DNA of 64,000 nt. Source: Methanotrichaceae archaeon. GTDB lineage: Archaea; Halobacteriota; Methanosarcinia; Methanotrichales; Methanotrichaceae. Where the stretch lies: the NCBI GenBank assembly GCA_963748825.1, contig CAVVKN010000003.1, forward strand, positions 66,552 through 130,551. The letters are read 5' to 3'. A model generated the notes under the pieces. That model ran no database searches. It saw nothing but the letters and a program-made list of their open reading frames with translations, and was not told the DNA's origin. Made by a program: the position numbers and the translations under genes. Position 1 is the first letter of the stretch; the number at the start of each line of letters is the position of its first letter. Shown piece by piece: positions 48,219 to 60,223 of the stretch.

Positions 48219-50770
48219 ATGCGTATCATCATTGACATGCAAGGAGCGCAAACGCCATTTTCAAGAAATAGAGGTGTTGGCCGGTATACAATTGAATTGG
48301 TTAAAGCGATTGCGCTGAATAGCAGGGGCCATGAGATAATTCTCGCTCTTAATGGAGCCTTTCCTGATACAATCGAACCTATACGCGCAGAATTTGATGA
48401 AATATTATCTCAAGATAATATACGAGTATGGCAGCAATTCCTAAATACTGCTGCAATAGTCACTAAGAACACTTGGAGCCGGAAAGCAGGAGAAATCCTC
48501 AGGGAGGAGTTTTTAAACAGCCTCAAAGGTGACATCGTCTTCTCAACAAATTTGCAGGAAGGATTCTTTGACAATTCCTGTACAAGTGTCAAAATGTTGC
48601 CAACTAATTCGCTAATATGCTCAACGCTCCATGATGTTATCCCTCTGATTTACCCCAACAGGTATCTCTGCGATCCCGTAAACCGGGCGTGGTATATGGA
48701 AAAAATTGATTTTGTTAAAAATTCGGATCTTGTCATAACCGTTTCATATGCTTCAAGGGAGGGGATTAGCCAACTTTTGGCAATACCCGATGAAAAAATA
48801 TATGTGATTTATAACGGAGTAAATCACGATAAATTTAGACCAATAAATATTGGAATTGACGATAAGAATAAGCTGCTAACGAAAATGAATATATCTCATC
48901 CATTCATAATGTATGCGGGTGGATCTGATCTACACAAAAACCTGGACGCATTGTACTCAGCATTCTCAAAACTGCCCCAAAATATTTTATGTTCACATCA
49001 ATTAGTTATGGTTGGAGAAGGGCCGAAACGTGAGCAGAACCGTTATCATAATAAACTGAAAAAGATGGGGGTCAGTGACAATGTAATCTTTGTTGGACAG
49101 GTTTGTGACGAAGATTTGATAATGCTATACAACCTATGTGATTTATTTGTTTACCCTTCTATCAACGAAGGTTTTGGGCTTCCACCACTTGAAGCTATGG
49201 CATGCGGAGCTACGGTCTTAGCGTCAGAGACATCAAGCCTTCCTGAAGTTGTGGGGTGTCAAGATGCATTATTCGATCCGAACGATGATGTCTGCCTTGC
49301 CCAAAAAATAGAGCGTGTCTTGACCGACAAAAATTTCAAGAATCTTCTAAGAGATCAGGAGATCAGGCATGCCAGCAATTTTTCCTGGGAAAATAGCGCG
49401 AAAACTTTGTTGAGCATATTTGAAAAAATTGTTGATAACAATTTTTTAATTCAACCTTCATTACCGAGACCTGATCCCACTCAGGCCATCATCGGGCATG
49501 TGGCATCCATGAACTCGAATATACCTTTTGAAGATACGGAATTGAAATTGCTTTCGTCTTCCATCGCTGAGTCTTTTTGCAGTAGAAAAGAATGTCCGCG
49601 CAGGATGTTTCTGGATGTCAGTTCCATCATAAATCTCGATCATCTTTCGGGATCCAGAGGGTAGTGCTGGCTGTTTGCAGTGAGCTGGTTAATAATCCGC
49701 AGATAATAGATGTTGAATTGGTTTACACAACAACCGATGATTCTGAGTTCTATCGTGCGAATGATTTTCTAAAAAGGTCTCAGGAATCGACGGAGAGTGC
49801 TTCCGCGACGAATGGATGGAGTTTTGCTCAGGCGATATTCTATTGTTCCTTGATCTCCATCCATCTGTTGCGATTTCGCACAAGGACAAAGTGCAATCTT
49901 TGAGAAATAAGGGCATTTGCGTTTATCACGTTGTTTATGACCTCCTTCCTGCATTGAGGCCAGAGTTCTTCTGGCCTGAACTATGCATTGAATTTAACGA
50001 GTGGTTATCGACGATATCGCATTCGGATGGAGCGATCTGCATCTCCCGCTCCGTTGCCGATGAGCTAAAACGATGGGCCGAGGTCAAAGGCCCGAAACGA
50101 ATCCGCCCCTTAAAATCGGCTGGTTTCATCTGGGTCAGATGTCGAAAACGCTGTTCCCACTCATGGATTGCCTGAGGATTCCTCGCAAATACTCGCCCAA
50201 CTTGCTTTCCGTCCCAGTTTTTTGATGATAGGTACGCTTGAGCCGCGCAAAGGTCACTCCCAAACGCTCGCAGCCTTTGAACAATTGTGGGCGAATGGTG
50301 TGGATGCGACCCTTGTGATCATCGGCAGGCAGGGCTGGATAGGGAAGATACTTTTGGAGTCCTTGCGCAACCACCCCGAACGAGGCAAGCGGCTATTTTG
50401 GCTTGAGGGCATCAGCGACGAATACCTTGAAAAGATCTATTCTGTCAGTACCTGCCTCATTGCTGCTTCTGAAGGCGAGGGATTCGGCCTGCCACTCATC
50501 GAGGCCGCCCAACACAAGCTGCCTATCATTGTCCGTGACATTCCTGTATCCCATGAGGTGGCAGGTGAGCATGCGTTTTATTTCAAAGGCAAAGAGCCTG
50601 ATGATCTTGTGGGAGCGGTACGGGAATGGCTGGAGCTTTACCAATTGGGCCGGCATCCTAAGTCAGATGACATGTCATGGCAGACTTGGAAGCAAAGCAC
50701 CAGGCAAGTCTTGAATATTATCCTGAATGGGCAGTGGTATATCGAATTAAGTTGTAAGGCGGATGAATGA
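48219..50770 (+). CDS. Two-domain GT4 glycosyltransferase, paralog of 37837 (frameshifts at ~49650, ~49800 and ~50130)
   Basis: MRIIIDMQGAQ, EGFGLPPLEA, EGEGFGLPLIEA. Confidence 0.83.
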
Positions 50771-50872
50771 GGTGCTATCTGCGAGTATCGTCCACGATGC
50801 ATCGTGCTCGGTGCAAATAATTAAAATATAATACTTAATATTTAGATTGCGTCGGCCGATCTTCCGAAGTAA

Positions 50873-51631
50873 TTACTTTGCATCTTTCTCACAATATGCA
50901 AGAACCTCATAAGCAAAATCTAAATTATCGTTATCTATCGGATCTATGTTGTATTTCATGGATTTTAAGAATGTGAAGCATTCTCGTCGGAGATCGGAGC
51001 TGTGTACAGATAAAAATATCATTGGATGATATTGCTTTAACATATTCTTGCAGCCGTCCAATGCGTACATCTCAGCTCCTTCGATATCAATTTTGATACA
51101 ATCAGGAATCGGAAAATTGCACCCTTCAATGGCATCATCTAAGCAGATCATGGGCACGGTTATATATTCGTCCTCCGGTGTATCGACCCAATTTGAAAAA
51201 ACATGCCCCATGGCAGAGTTTCTTCCCAAGCAAAACAAGGTTGAACCGTTTTTATTTGAGACTGACTTCTCGACGACATTGACCGTAGTTATGTGATTCA
51301 TTTTCAAATGTTTTTTTAGATAATATAAATTTCTCGGAACTGGTTCAAATGCAATGACCCTCCCATTCTTGCCCACAAGAAGTGCCGCCAAAAGTGTGTA
51401 AAATCCTACATTTGCGCCAATATCATAAACTACATCGCCTTGTGCGATCATCTTCTCAAATAGTGCTCTTTGGCCAGATTCGTAATTGCCCAACGCGCAC
51501 TCCACTTGGGTGGAGCCAATTATCCATTTTTTCCAAAAAAGTCTACCTTGTAATATAGGCACAACTAGGTTGGGATGGGATTTCCAAAGATATTTGTAGA
51601 TATAATTGATGTACGCAGATAGCATGATCAT
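50873..51631 (-). CDS. FkbM-family methyltransferase
   Basis: VYDIGANVG, AFEP, IKIDIEGAE; AT-rich. Confidence 0.88.
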   Translation of the reverse strand: MIMLSAYINYIYKYLWKSHPNLVVPILQGRLFWKKWIIGSTQVECALGNYESGQRALFEKMIAQGDVVYDIGANVGFYTLLAALLVGKNGRVIAFEPVPRNLYYLKKHLKMNHITTVNVVEKSVSNKNGSTLFCLGRNSAMGHVFSNWVDTPEDEYITVPMICLDDAIEGCNFPIPDCIKIDIEGAEMYALDGCKNMLKQYHPMIFLSVHSSDLRRECFTFLKSMKYNIDPIDNDNLDFAYEVLAYCEKDAK

Positions 51632-51648
51632 ATCAGAACATCTACGAG

Positions 51649-51850
51649 ATGAAAAGAGTTTTGGCGCGCCCGGAGCTGTACCAATACCAATCTGGCCAGC
51701 ATCCCAAGTCGGACGGGATGCCCTGGTTTACCTGGAAGCAGAGCACAGAAAAGCTGCTGGATATCATCCTGCTGGGGCAATGGTATACAGGGTGGAAAAA
51801 CCAAAATCCGGTCAATGACGCGGTCTCGATGTATCCGCGTCATCGAATCC
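51649..51850 (+). pseudogene. Orphan 3' tail of a third WbdA-like GT4 paralog
   Basis: QHPKSDGMPWFTWKQSTEKLLDIILLGQWY matches the C-termini at ~41500 and ~50680. Confidence 0.7.
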
Positions 51851-51854
51851 TAGC

Positions 51855-53054
51855 TCACGTAACCCAATTGCAAGACATGGCAATAAGGCCTGCATCACCA
51901 CTTGTAGGTATTACTTCAAAAGAGTACTGTTTATCAATCCAGTCATAAGTGATTTGGTAGTCTGAGCTTTGGGCTGCAGGACTAAGAAGGAACTTTCCCG
52001 AAAGCATTGGTATATGCTCTATCTTAAGATCTATACGTCCATCACCTGGCAATACTCGTAGTAGTATATTTTTTATCTTAGTGTTTGTTCCAAAGAGGTG
52101 ATGACCATCATCGGAGTGAATGGCAATACCAAATGTGATATCCGATATATCTTCGACTGCATGGTAGTGTATTCTTACCGTCATGGGGTCCATTGAACTA
52201 AATCTCGTACATTTGATTCCAAATTTATCTAGAAACTCCACATCAGTTATGATAACCTTTTTATTGCCCCATCTATTTGAGTCACGCTGCTCCTTATTGG
52301 AATCATCATAGCTATTCCCACTTTCAGACCTACCATAGACGTATCTATCTAGTACCTTTTCAGTCTCTCCAAACGCTCTCTGCTCTCCTCCACCAAGAAG
52401 CAGCGTCCTGTCGCAGAATCGCCTTACCGCACCAAGATCATGCGATACGAAGAGGATTGTCACCCCCTCTTTTCGGTAGCGGTTAAATACATCAAAGCAC
52501 TTCTGCTGAAACTCCATGTCCCCCACAGCCAAGACTTCATCTACAAGAAGCACATCGGGTTCCGTCTGTATCGCCGTAGAGAAGGCCAGACGCACCTGCA
52601 TTCCGGATGAGAGGTTCTTCAGCTTGGTGTCCTCGAACTTCTCCAGACCGGCGAACTTGATCACATCATCAGATATCTCCAGGATATCTTTCCTGGACAG
52701 CCCCATGACCGTGGCGTAAACACCTATATTCTCCCGCACCGTAAGGTCCGGCTGGAAGCCCACCCCCAGCTCCAGAAACGGCGTCATCTTGCCCTTAACT
52801 CTGACCGTTCCCTTGTGGGCCGAAGGATGTTAGCTATGATCTTGAGCATTGTGCTCTTGCCGGAGCCGTTGTCACCTATTATGCCCACGCATTCGCCTTC
52901 CTCCACCTCGAAAGCTTACATCCTTCAATACTGTGAAGGTCTCGTATTGCCTGGGCTTCATCATGCCCACCAGGTTCTCGAAGAGCGTCGTCCTCTTCTC
53001 GTGTGGTATCTGGAAGGTCTTCCAGAGGTGCTCCACCTCCACGGCACTGGCCAT
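51855..53054 (-). CDS. wzt: Polysaccharide ABC transporter ATPase with C-terminal carbohydrate-binding domain (frameshifts at ~52815 and ~52910)
   Basis: IIGDNGSGKST, LSSGMQVRLAF, LLVDEVLAVGD, VSHD; ~150-aa Wzt-C domain beginning NRWGN. Confidence 0.88.
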
Positions 53055-53837
53055 CAGATCGCCTCCGCAAACCTGGGCTCCAGACGTGCAAAGATCGCGT
53101 AGCCTAGCAGGAGCACGACCAGAGTGCATACGGCCACATATGCCAGATTGGCCGGCTCAGGCGATATCCCGTACAGGGTGCAGTCTCGCATCATAGTAAT
53201 TATCTGGGCCATGGGATTGAGCATCACTATCCAGCGTATCATTTTCAGGAAATATAGTTATGGGATATAAAATTGGCGTGCCAAAGAATCCCACCTGGAC
53301 TATAAGCCTCCAGATGAATTGCACATCTCTGAAGTAGACGTTGAGAGCTGATAAGGCCATCGATAATCCTAATATTATGAAAAACTCTAGTATAAACAGA
53401 ATCGGAAAGTAGGCCACCGTCATCTCCGGCAGGACTCTGAAGATCACCATGAATATTATGAATACTACGAACTCCAGCGCCGTCATCATCAGCGCCGTGA
53501 TGCAGGTGGATATGACTAGAATGTCTCTGGGAAAATAGACCTTCTGCACCAGGCTGGGCTTTCCTACGATCCCCCAGATGCTCATGGACGTTCCTCTGTC
53601 AATGAAGTTCCAGAGGATGATTCCCAGCAGCAGGAAGAGCTGGTAATGCTCCACCTGCACGCGCATGAGGTTGCTGAAGACCACGTAGAGGACGACGAGC
53701 ATAAGCAGCGGCTCTAAGAGCGACCAGAAGAAGCCCAGAGCCGAGCTCTTGTAGCGCAGCTTGAAGTCACTCCAGGCCAGCCTGAGAATTAGATCGCGGT
53801 ACCTGTAAAGCTCATGAATGTGATTTGCGGTCAGCAA
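53054..53837 (-). CDS. wzm: Polysaccharide ABC transporter permease (frameshift at ~53240)
   Basis: DFKLRYKSSALGFFWSLLEP, LVQKVYFPR, FRDVQFIW, LNPMA. Confidence 0.9.
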
Positions 53838-54034
53838 CTTGTACACCTGATATCTTAATTGATTGCCTTGGAGCCGCCTGAGAGCTGTGCACGAGTGCGC
53901 AATCAGATTCAGCTCCGAAGTCGCCGGGGGAATGCGGCCCATCTTTATCCTGGGCGGTGATAATAAACCTTTGCACTCAGTTTCGTCCCGCATGAATTAA
54001 CCTTTAATATTAATAGCGCAGATTTTATCCTTGG

Positions 54035-54637
54035 ATGAAACTCAAAATTGTGATCCATGGTCCTAAGGTCCACAATGTAGGATATCGCTATTTCCTGCTT
54101 AACGATGCTGATAATCTTGGCCTGAAGGGTTTCTCGGCACGAAATATGAAAGCGAATGGCCAGCAGGTAGTGCAAATCTTTGTGGAGGGAGATGAGAACC
54201 AGGTCTCCGAATTCCAGGAGATCGTAAAAACCCAGCAGCCAAAAGCCGCAGAGGTCGCCGACGTAACCTTGGAGGATTATCCGGATCGCGTGGAAAGCTT
54301 ATCGAGATTCTCTTTTCGATTTCAGTCTCTGCAGGTCAGCAAGGGTATTGAATCAATTTTGAGGATAGAGAAGTTGCAGGAGACCATGCTGGAGAAACAA
54401 GATCAAATGCTTGGTAAGCAGGATCAAATGCTCGACAAGCTGGAGAATGTTCGACTTGATATTGTCGATGAAATCCGAACGTCCTCAGAATCCCACATTT
54501 CTGAAATGAAGAATGCCGGGGAACGGAATGCCGTGGATTTGCGAGATTCACATGCCGACCTGAAGTCTTATCTCGATGACTAGACTGGGCAAGATTGAGG
54601 TGGATATTTCTCGCATCAAAGCCAGGATCGGCATGTA
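54035..54637 (+). CDS. Acylphosphatase-domain protein with QDQMLxK heptad tail (frameshift at ~54580)
   Basis: GPKVHNVGYR...ARN; the tail ends RIKARIGM in a shifted frame, as in the paralog at 61263. Confidence 0.8.
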
Positions 54638-54662
54638 AAATAGGCTCTTCGCTATTTCCAAT

Positions 54663-55110
54663 TACTATGGTTTTCCAGTTGTTAGTTAGTCGCTCTGTGC
54701 GTTCTCTGTGAGCTCCGTGTCTCTGTGGTGAAAATCGTAAGCCGTAGGGTTTAATCCACATGATCGATGATTATAACCAGGGGTTTACGAGAATAAAACC
54801 GCAGAGCCGCAGAGCGCACGGAGGACGAGCGGACGGAGACGACTATTACTCAGGAAGCAAATATGCCATTCTAATTTCAAGTGCTCATAATAAGGAAAAT
54901 GGCACGTCTCTGCGAACTCTGCGTCTCTGCGGTTAATAATCGTAGCTGAATAATTAAGACTCAGGTTTTCGAATCAGCTAAATCGTCTCTGTGCGTACTC
55001 TGTGAACTCTGTGTCTCTGTGGTGGAATTAGTCGTTAGCCACTGGTTATAACCTAATGGCTACGGACTACCACCACCGCAGACACAGAGCGCACGGAGGA
55101 CTCACAGAGG
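54663..55110. repeat. Cluster of five ACCRCAGAG/CTCTGYGGT multimer repeats in alternating orientation
   Basis: Units at 54693-54729, 54797-54823, 54907-54934, 54986-55023 and 55072-55109. Confidence 0.85.
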
Positions 55111-55148
55111 ACTCGATTATTATATTAATATACAAGGCGCAACAAGCA

Positions 55149-56237
55149 CTACATCTGCATTGTTTTCTTCATCTTTTCCAGGAATATAGACGTATCGAAA
55201 TCTGCAGCACGCTTCTTGCATGCGTCTTTATATTTCTGCGGGTCTTTGGAGATCTCCTTTACCGCTCTCACCAGTTCGTCTCTGTCAGCCTCTACGAGAA
55301 GTCCCGTCTTGCCGTGCACTACTGTCTCCTTAAAGCCGCCTTCATTCACTGCCACCACAGGCTTGCCGCTGGCCATGGCCTCAATCGGCGTCAGCCCGAA
55401 ATCCTCATCCAGCGCTGTGCATATCAGGCCCTTGCACTTTGCATACAGCTCCATCAACTCCTCTTCGGAGACTGCGCCGCGCATCTCTACGTTGCTCGGG
55501 ATGTTCTTGATCAGCTTTTCATAGTATTTGGCAGCATGATCCCCCTCTGCATACCCGCCGATAATAACCAGCCTCTCCTCCGGCAGCTCCCTGAAGACCT
55601 CAAACTGCAGATCAATCCTCTTCTCAGGATAGATTCTGTTCACCGAGAGCCAGAAGTCGCCGTACTCCTTGAATTGGAACCTTTTGGTATCCACGGGCGG
55701 ATAGATTATTTCTGAGGATCTGCCGTGGAAATCCTTAATGCGTCGCTGCACAGTCTCGCTGATCGCAACCACCCTGTCCAGGTTTCGCACCGAGCGCTGA
55801 TCAAACCAGCTATGAGCTCTTATCCACGAAGCCGCCAGGAATTTCATGGCCGCGTTGGGCTGCCTGGAGATCATGGACTCTTTCAGATCGTAAAAGGCCC
55901 TCACCGGTGTGTAGCAGTACCACAGGTTGGGATGATGCTTTCCGGCTGCGTAATGTGACCAATTGCCCGAGAATATGAAAAAGTCATATTCCTGGGAAAA
56001 GTCGCATTTGGCAAATAAAAATGATGCAGAGATCTGCTTGAAGGGCGGCAGCTTCACGGTCTTGCCGAGACTTCTTATCCTGACATCCCCGTACCCCAGC
56101 CGCTGCACCGCCTCCAGGCTCACATCTGTGGTTATGATATCAGCCTGCAGAGCGCGGGCCAGCATGAGGGCAACTCGCTCCCCCCCGCCGATCGCTCCAA
56201 TGTAGTCCAGGAAGATGGCCGTCCGCAGCGCTCTCAC
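55149..56237 (-). CDS. GT4 glycosyltransferase
   Basis: [35 protein letters not shown]. Confidence 0.92.
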   Translation of the reverse strand: MRALRTAIFLDYIGAIGGGERVALMLARALQADIITTDVSLEAVQRLGYGDVRIRSLGKTVKLPPFKQISASFLFAKCDFSQEYDFFIFSGNWSHYAAGKHHPNLWYCYTPVRAFYDLKESMISRQPNAAMKFLAASWIRAHSWFDQRSVRNLDRVVAISETVQRRIKDFHGRSSEIIYPPVDTKRFQFKEYGDFWLSVNRIYPEKRIDLQFEVFRELPEERLVIIGGYAEGDHAAKYYEKLIKNIPSNVEMRGAVSEEELMELYAKCKGLICTALDEDFGLTPIEAMASGKPVVAVNEGGFKETVVHGKTGLLVEADRDELVRAVKEISKDPQKYKDACKKRAADFDTSIFLEKMKKTMQM

Positions 56238-56238
56238 C

Positions 56239-57486
56239 TCAGTAGGATCCCTTGCGCTCTTTTTCTTCTAAATAGTGATCAAGCTGGTCTCTGATGATAT
56301 CTCTTACAGTGTGCTCTTTCTTAAACCCGAGCGCTTCAATCTTCTTCGTGTCTGAAAGGAGGATGGGAACCTCAGCCGGCCTGAATCTCTCTGGGTTGAA
56401 GATGATCCTTATGCTCTTTTCTCCAGTGTGAGCAATCACGCCTCCGTCTTCTAAATCAAACTCCAATTCCCCTCGCAGCATCATGCCGTCAACCTTTGTC
56501 TTCTCGAAATCAAGGCCGAAGATGGGCGAATTGTCAGGCTCGTTGGGCTGTGCTATGACCTTCTCTCCCTTGAAAGTCTCAATCTTGCTGACCGGATAGC
56601 CTGCTTCTTCAAGGCTCATCAGCAGATAACTCATCACGGAGTTAGTCCTCATGGAGCCCTGGTTGAACACGTCTCCGTACTTGCCCTTCTCTGCCAGGAG
56701 TATATAGCCGTTGATAATATCGTTTACATGGCTCCAGTCCCGTAAGGCGTTGACGTTTCCTATGGTGATTGAGTCGGATTCTCCAAACTTCATCTTCATA
56801 ACCTGGTTGGTGATCACGGAGGTCACGAACATATTGCCTCTGCCCGCTCCCTCATGGTTGAATGCCCTGGAGATGAGGGTCTTGACGCCATAAGAGTACC
56901 AGTAGTTCCTCATCAGAAAATCACCGTAAACTTTGCTTACTGCATAAGGAGACATAGGCCGGAGCGGATTCGTCTCAGCGATGGGCACTTCGGGCATCTG
57001 CACAGGTGCGGGGAATATTGTACCATATTTCTCCAAGGCCTTTTTGTGTTGTTCTTCCGAGGACAATACCAGGCCGTACTCCTCGCTGCTCCCTGCGAAT
57101 ACTACGATTGGATCTGCATCTTTGATCCTCACCGCCTCCAGGAGGTTCGAGGTTCCCCAGCAGTTGCAGAGCATGGTCTCATTTGGGTCCTCGAAAGATC
57201 GAGGCACAAACGATTGTGCGGCCAGATGGAAAATAATATCAGGCTCGCTGGCGGTGATGGCGCTCCCTATGCTCGATATGCTCTCCAGATCGCCTTCCAC
57301 CAGCCGTATCTCTTTTCCTAGACCAAGACGCAACATGTTGTGGGGCACTTTGCCATCCGCCCGGCGGCGCAGCAAGCCAAAGACATTCGCGCCTTCCTCT
57401 ACCAGCTGTTTGGCCATCCGTGACCCGACGAACCCGCTAATTCCTGTTATTAAAATATTTTTATCTTTAAGATCCAAGGATCCCAC
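56239..57486 (-). CDS. gmd: GDP-mannose 4,6-dehydratase family
   Basis: [42 protein letters not shown]. Confidence 0.85.
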   Translation of the reverse strand: MGSLDLKDKNILITGISGFVGSRMAKQLVEEGANVFGLLRRRADGKVPHNMLRLGLGKEIRLVEGDLESISSIGSAITASEPDIIFHLAAQSFVPRSFEDPNETMLCNCWGTSNLLEAVRIKDADPIVVFAGSSEEYGLVLSSEEQHKKALEKYGTIFPAPVQMPEVPIAETNPLRPMSPYAVSKVYGDFLMRNYWYSYGVKTLISRAFNHEGAGRGNMFVTSVITNQVMKMKFGESDSITIGNVNALRDWSHVNDIINGYILLAEKGKYGDVFNQGSMRTNSVMSYLLMSLEEAGYPVSKIETFKGEKVIAQPNEPDNSPIFGLDFEKTKVDGMMLRGELEFDLEDGGVIAHTGEKSIRIIFNPERFRPAEVPILLSDTKKIEALGFKKEHTVRDIIRDQLDHYLEEKERKGSY

Positions 57487-57490
57487 CGCC

Positions 57491-58396
57491 TTATTTTACA
57501 TAGAATCGAAGGAGCTCTTTTACCCCTTCCTCCAGGTTGTATCTTGCCTTAAATCCGAGCACTTTCTCTGCCTTAGCAGTGTCGGAAAGGGTGTGCTGAA
57601 CATAGTTCTTTATGGGATTCTCCACGTGTTGCGGCTTCAAGGCCAACCCCATGTTCCTGTTCAAAATCTCTACGGTTTGGTTGAATGTGTAGGCCTTTCC
57701 CGTCCCCACATTCAGAATGCCGTGATAGTCCGACTTCATGGCCAGCTGCAGGGCACGCGTCACGTCTTTGACATAGGTGAAATCCCTGGTCTGCAAGCCG
57801 TCTCCGAAGATCACAGGTGCTTTGCCGTCCCGCATTTCCCAGAGGAACTGAGTAACCATATTTGCATATTGCTTCTTGGCTGTCTCCTTCGGCCCGTAAA
57901 CGGAGAAGAACCTCATGCCCACAGAGTCGACGTCGTAGAGCTGCCTGTAAAGCTCAGCCATCCTCTCCATGGCCAGCCGGGCTTCTGTGTAGTAATCGGC
58001 TACCTTAATGGTCATGTCCTCGCGATGGGGCGGCAGGAGGCCGTTGTAGAGTGAAGAAGATGAGGCATAAACTACTCTTGCCCCTGACTTTCTGGCCAGC
58101 TCGAAGACGGCCGTGAAGCCGTTGAGCGCTTCTCCCACCAGGTAAGGATTCTTCTTGTACATGGGCGATGAGGATGGAATGCCCAGATGGTAGATCTTCT
58201 CAGGATGAAGGTCCATGCCCGGCAACTCGTTGCAGCTCGCCCGGATCAGCTTCAGGCTGTCCTTCAGGTTTTCTAAGTTAGAGGGGCTTCCTGTGTGCAT
58301 GTTGTCCAGCACTATAACTTCTTCCCCTGCTGCCAATAGCTCTTCCACCAGGTTGGAGCCTATGAATCCTGCGCCGCCCGTTACAAGTATGCTCAA
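57491..58396 (-). CDS. NAD-dependent epimerase/dehydratase
   Basis: TGGAGFIGS, ASSSSLY, RFFSVYG, QTRDFTYV. Confidence 0.9.
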   Translation of the reverse strand: MSILVTGGAGFIGSNLVEELLAAGEEVIVLDNMHTGSPSNLENLKDSLKLIRASCNELPGMDLHPEKIYHLGIPSSSPMYKKNPYLVGEALNGFTAVFELARKSGARVVYASSSSLYNGLLPPHREDMTIKVADYYTEARLAMERMAELYRQLYDVDSVGMRFFSVYGPKETAKKQYANMVTQFLWEMRDGKAPVIFGDGLQTRDFTYVKDVTRALQLAMKSDYHGILNVGTGKAYTFNQTVEILNRNMGLALKPQHVENPIKNYVQHTLSDTAKAEKVLGFKARYNLEEGVKELLRFYVK

Positions 58397-58569
58397 GTTG
58401 AGTCCTCCTATTAAATATGAAAACCATACATGGTTGAATTTTGGTGTAAGCTTTTTCTGAAGTTTGCCGGCGCTTATTTTTTCCCGACGTATTTAAGATT
58501 GATGCTGGTAATGCATTGAGGAATTGAGTCTTGAGTAGCTCATTTGCCTTTAAGAAGATGGATTAGAAC

Positions 58570-59343
58570 TCACGTTTTCCTGGATACTATCATGAAATCT
58601 TGAGATATGAGGGATAGCGGCGTTTTGCATAATAACTTATCTAATTTATATATTGTATGATGATTTTTATCGAATATGCTTTCTAAGGTGTGGCTGATCC
58701 TGTTTACCTGAGCAGGTATTACATGTTCCATAGAAAGATGATTGATCTCGAAGCCACAACTATTAACCAAATTTTTTATATCATGCCGGGAGTAAGTCCT
58801 TCCATGATGCCATAAACCCATTTTTTTGCTTAGATATTCAGACAAAGAATATTTATTCGGCAATTGAAATATTATATTGCATCCTCCACTTCGCAAGCAT
58901 CTATGAATCTCTTTCAGGAATGCCACGTCGCTATTGGCATGTTCCATGACTCCGAACGATACTATGACGTCGAAGCTTTCGGACGAGAATGGCAGAGCCG
59001 TCGCATCACATATACAAAACTTGCCGCCAAATTTTCTTAAATCTTTCCACGTAATGTGCTCACTCATATCTGCTCCGAGGATCTTTATGTCTTCGCGAAA
59101 AGATGCCAGCAATGCTGTAGTGTGGCCAAGACCGCAGCCAAGGTCCAGCACATCGGATTGTGGTAGAATAGTAGCATCTAGATACTCTACTTGCGTTATG
59201 TATCGCAGCCAATTCAAATCGCTCGTGACATGAAAAGTGAGGTCGGGGTAAATCTTTGCATGCCTCTGCATTATCTTCCTGATTTCGTTGATCGCTTGCT
59301 TGTTTTGGCAAGTCCGCTTTCTTTCCCAATCAGCCAAGTCCAT
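58570..59343 (-). CDS. Class I SAM-dependent methyltransferase
   Basis: VLDLGCGLG, DATALPF..ESFD, VMEH, EIHRCLRSGG. Confidence 0.88.
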   Translation of the reverse strand: MDLADWERKRTCQNKQAINEIRKIMQRHAKIYPDLTFHVTSDLNWLRYITQVEYLDATILPQSDVLDLGCGLGHTTALLASFREDIKILGADMSEHITWKDLRKFGGKFCICDATALPFSSESFDVIVSFGVMEHANSDVAFLKEIHRCLRSGGCNIIFQLPNKYSLSEYLSKKMGLWHHGRTYSRHDIKNLVNSCGFEINHLSMEHVIPAQVNRISHTLESIFDKNHHTIYKLDKLLCKTPLSLISQDFMIVSRKT

Positions 59344-59600
59344 CTCTCCTTAGCGTCTTCCACAGGATTGCGGATCTTATCCCATTTTCCGCCCATCCGG
59401 CTCCTGCTTCTTCTCACCGCCAGACGTTTTTCTACCCCATTTCTTCCCAATCTTTCAATTTTTCGATTCGCTTTGTGGGCGATGACTGCCCACAACTTGG
59501 ACCTCTCTTGCCCCCCTGGCTAAATATCGCCTGCTTTCAGGAGCTCCTCTGCCAAATCGGAGCCTATAAATCCCGCGCCGCCTGTAACCCGTGTGCTCAT
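59344..59600 (-). pseudogene. Internally deleted NAD-dependent epimerase remnant
   Basis: MSTRVTGGAGFIGSDLAEELLKAG followed by a stop, paralogous to the 58396 N-terminus. Confidence 0.65.
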
Positions 59601-59672
59601 AATTATCTGTTCCTCAAAATCCGCGATCTACTATATCCGTCTGTCGAAATTCCGCAGGGCACAATAATTTTA

Positions 59673-59960
59673 TTATTCCGTTATAAATATTAACCGCAGG
59701 GACGCAGAGGGCGCAGAGATGTGAAATTTACCTTATTACCAACACTAAAAAGGGACCGCATATTGCTTATGATCAATAGTCGTCTCCGTTCGTTTGTCCT
59801 CCGTGCGCTCTGCGACTCTGTGGTTCTATTCCGTAATCCCCCGGGTTTAATTATTCCGCTATGAATATTAAAGGCAGAGACGCAGAGACGTGAAATTTAC
59901 CTCTCGCCAACACTTGAACGGAACAGCATTCTTCTCCCGCCCGTCCTCCATGCGTCTCTC
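59673..59960. repeat. Inverted ~170-bp copy of the 54770-54940 element plus a degenerate tandem partial copy
   Basis: The reverse complement of 59690-59855 aligns along its length with 54770-54940; 59851-59960 repeats 59673-59810. Confidence 0.85.
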
Positions 59961-60223
59961 TAGCCAGGATTGTTCTCAAGTCATCTCCTCCTGCCTCTTC
60001 AGATGCCCAGTGCCTCCTTCCCCCTGTCCGTGATCCTTTACATGGGAATTTTGTCCTGGATTCGCAAGTTGATCCGTTGCATCTCTTAGCGGCCATAGCG
60101 AATGCAATTGATGAATCTTGGCAAAGAAGTTCCGACCGATGAGGGTTCCCTGGGCCCTTGTGCCCGGAAATGCCTTTGGCGGTCGATAGGATCATATACA
60201 AAGAACGTCGAATTTCTATCCGA

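Noticed and set aside
54663-55110. CRISPR array
   Set aside because: Units alternate in orientation, are degenerate and irregularly spaced, and there are no cas genes.
59271-59600. Pyrrolysine read-through of the TAG in the epimerase remnant
   Set aside because: The downstream sequence does not continue the epimerase and most of the gene is deleted.
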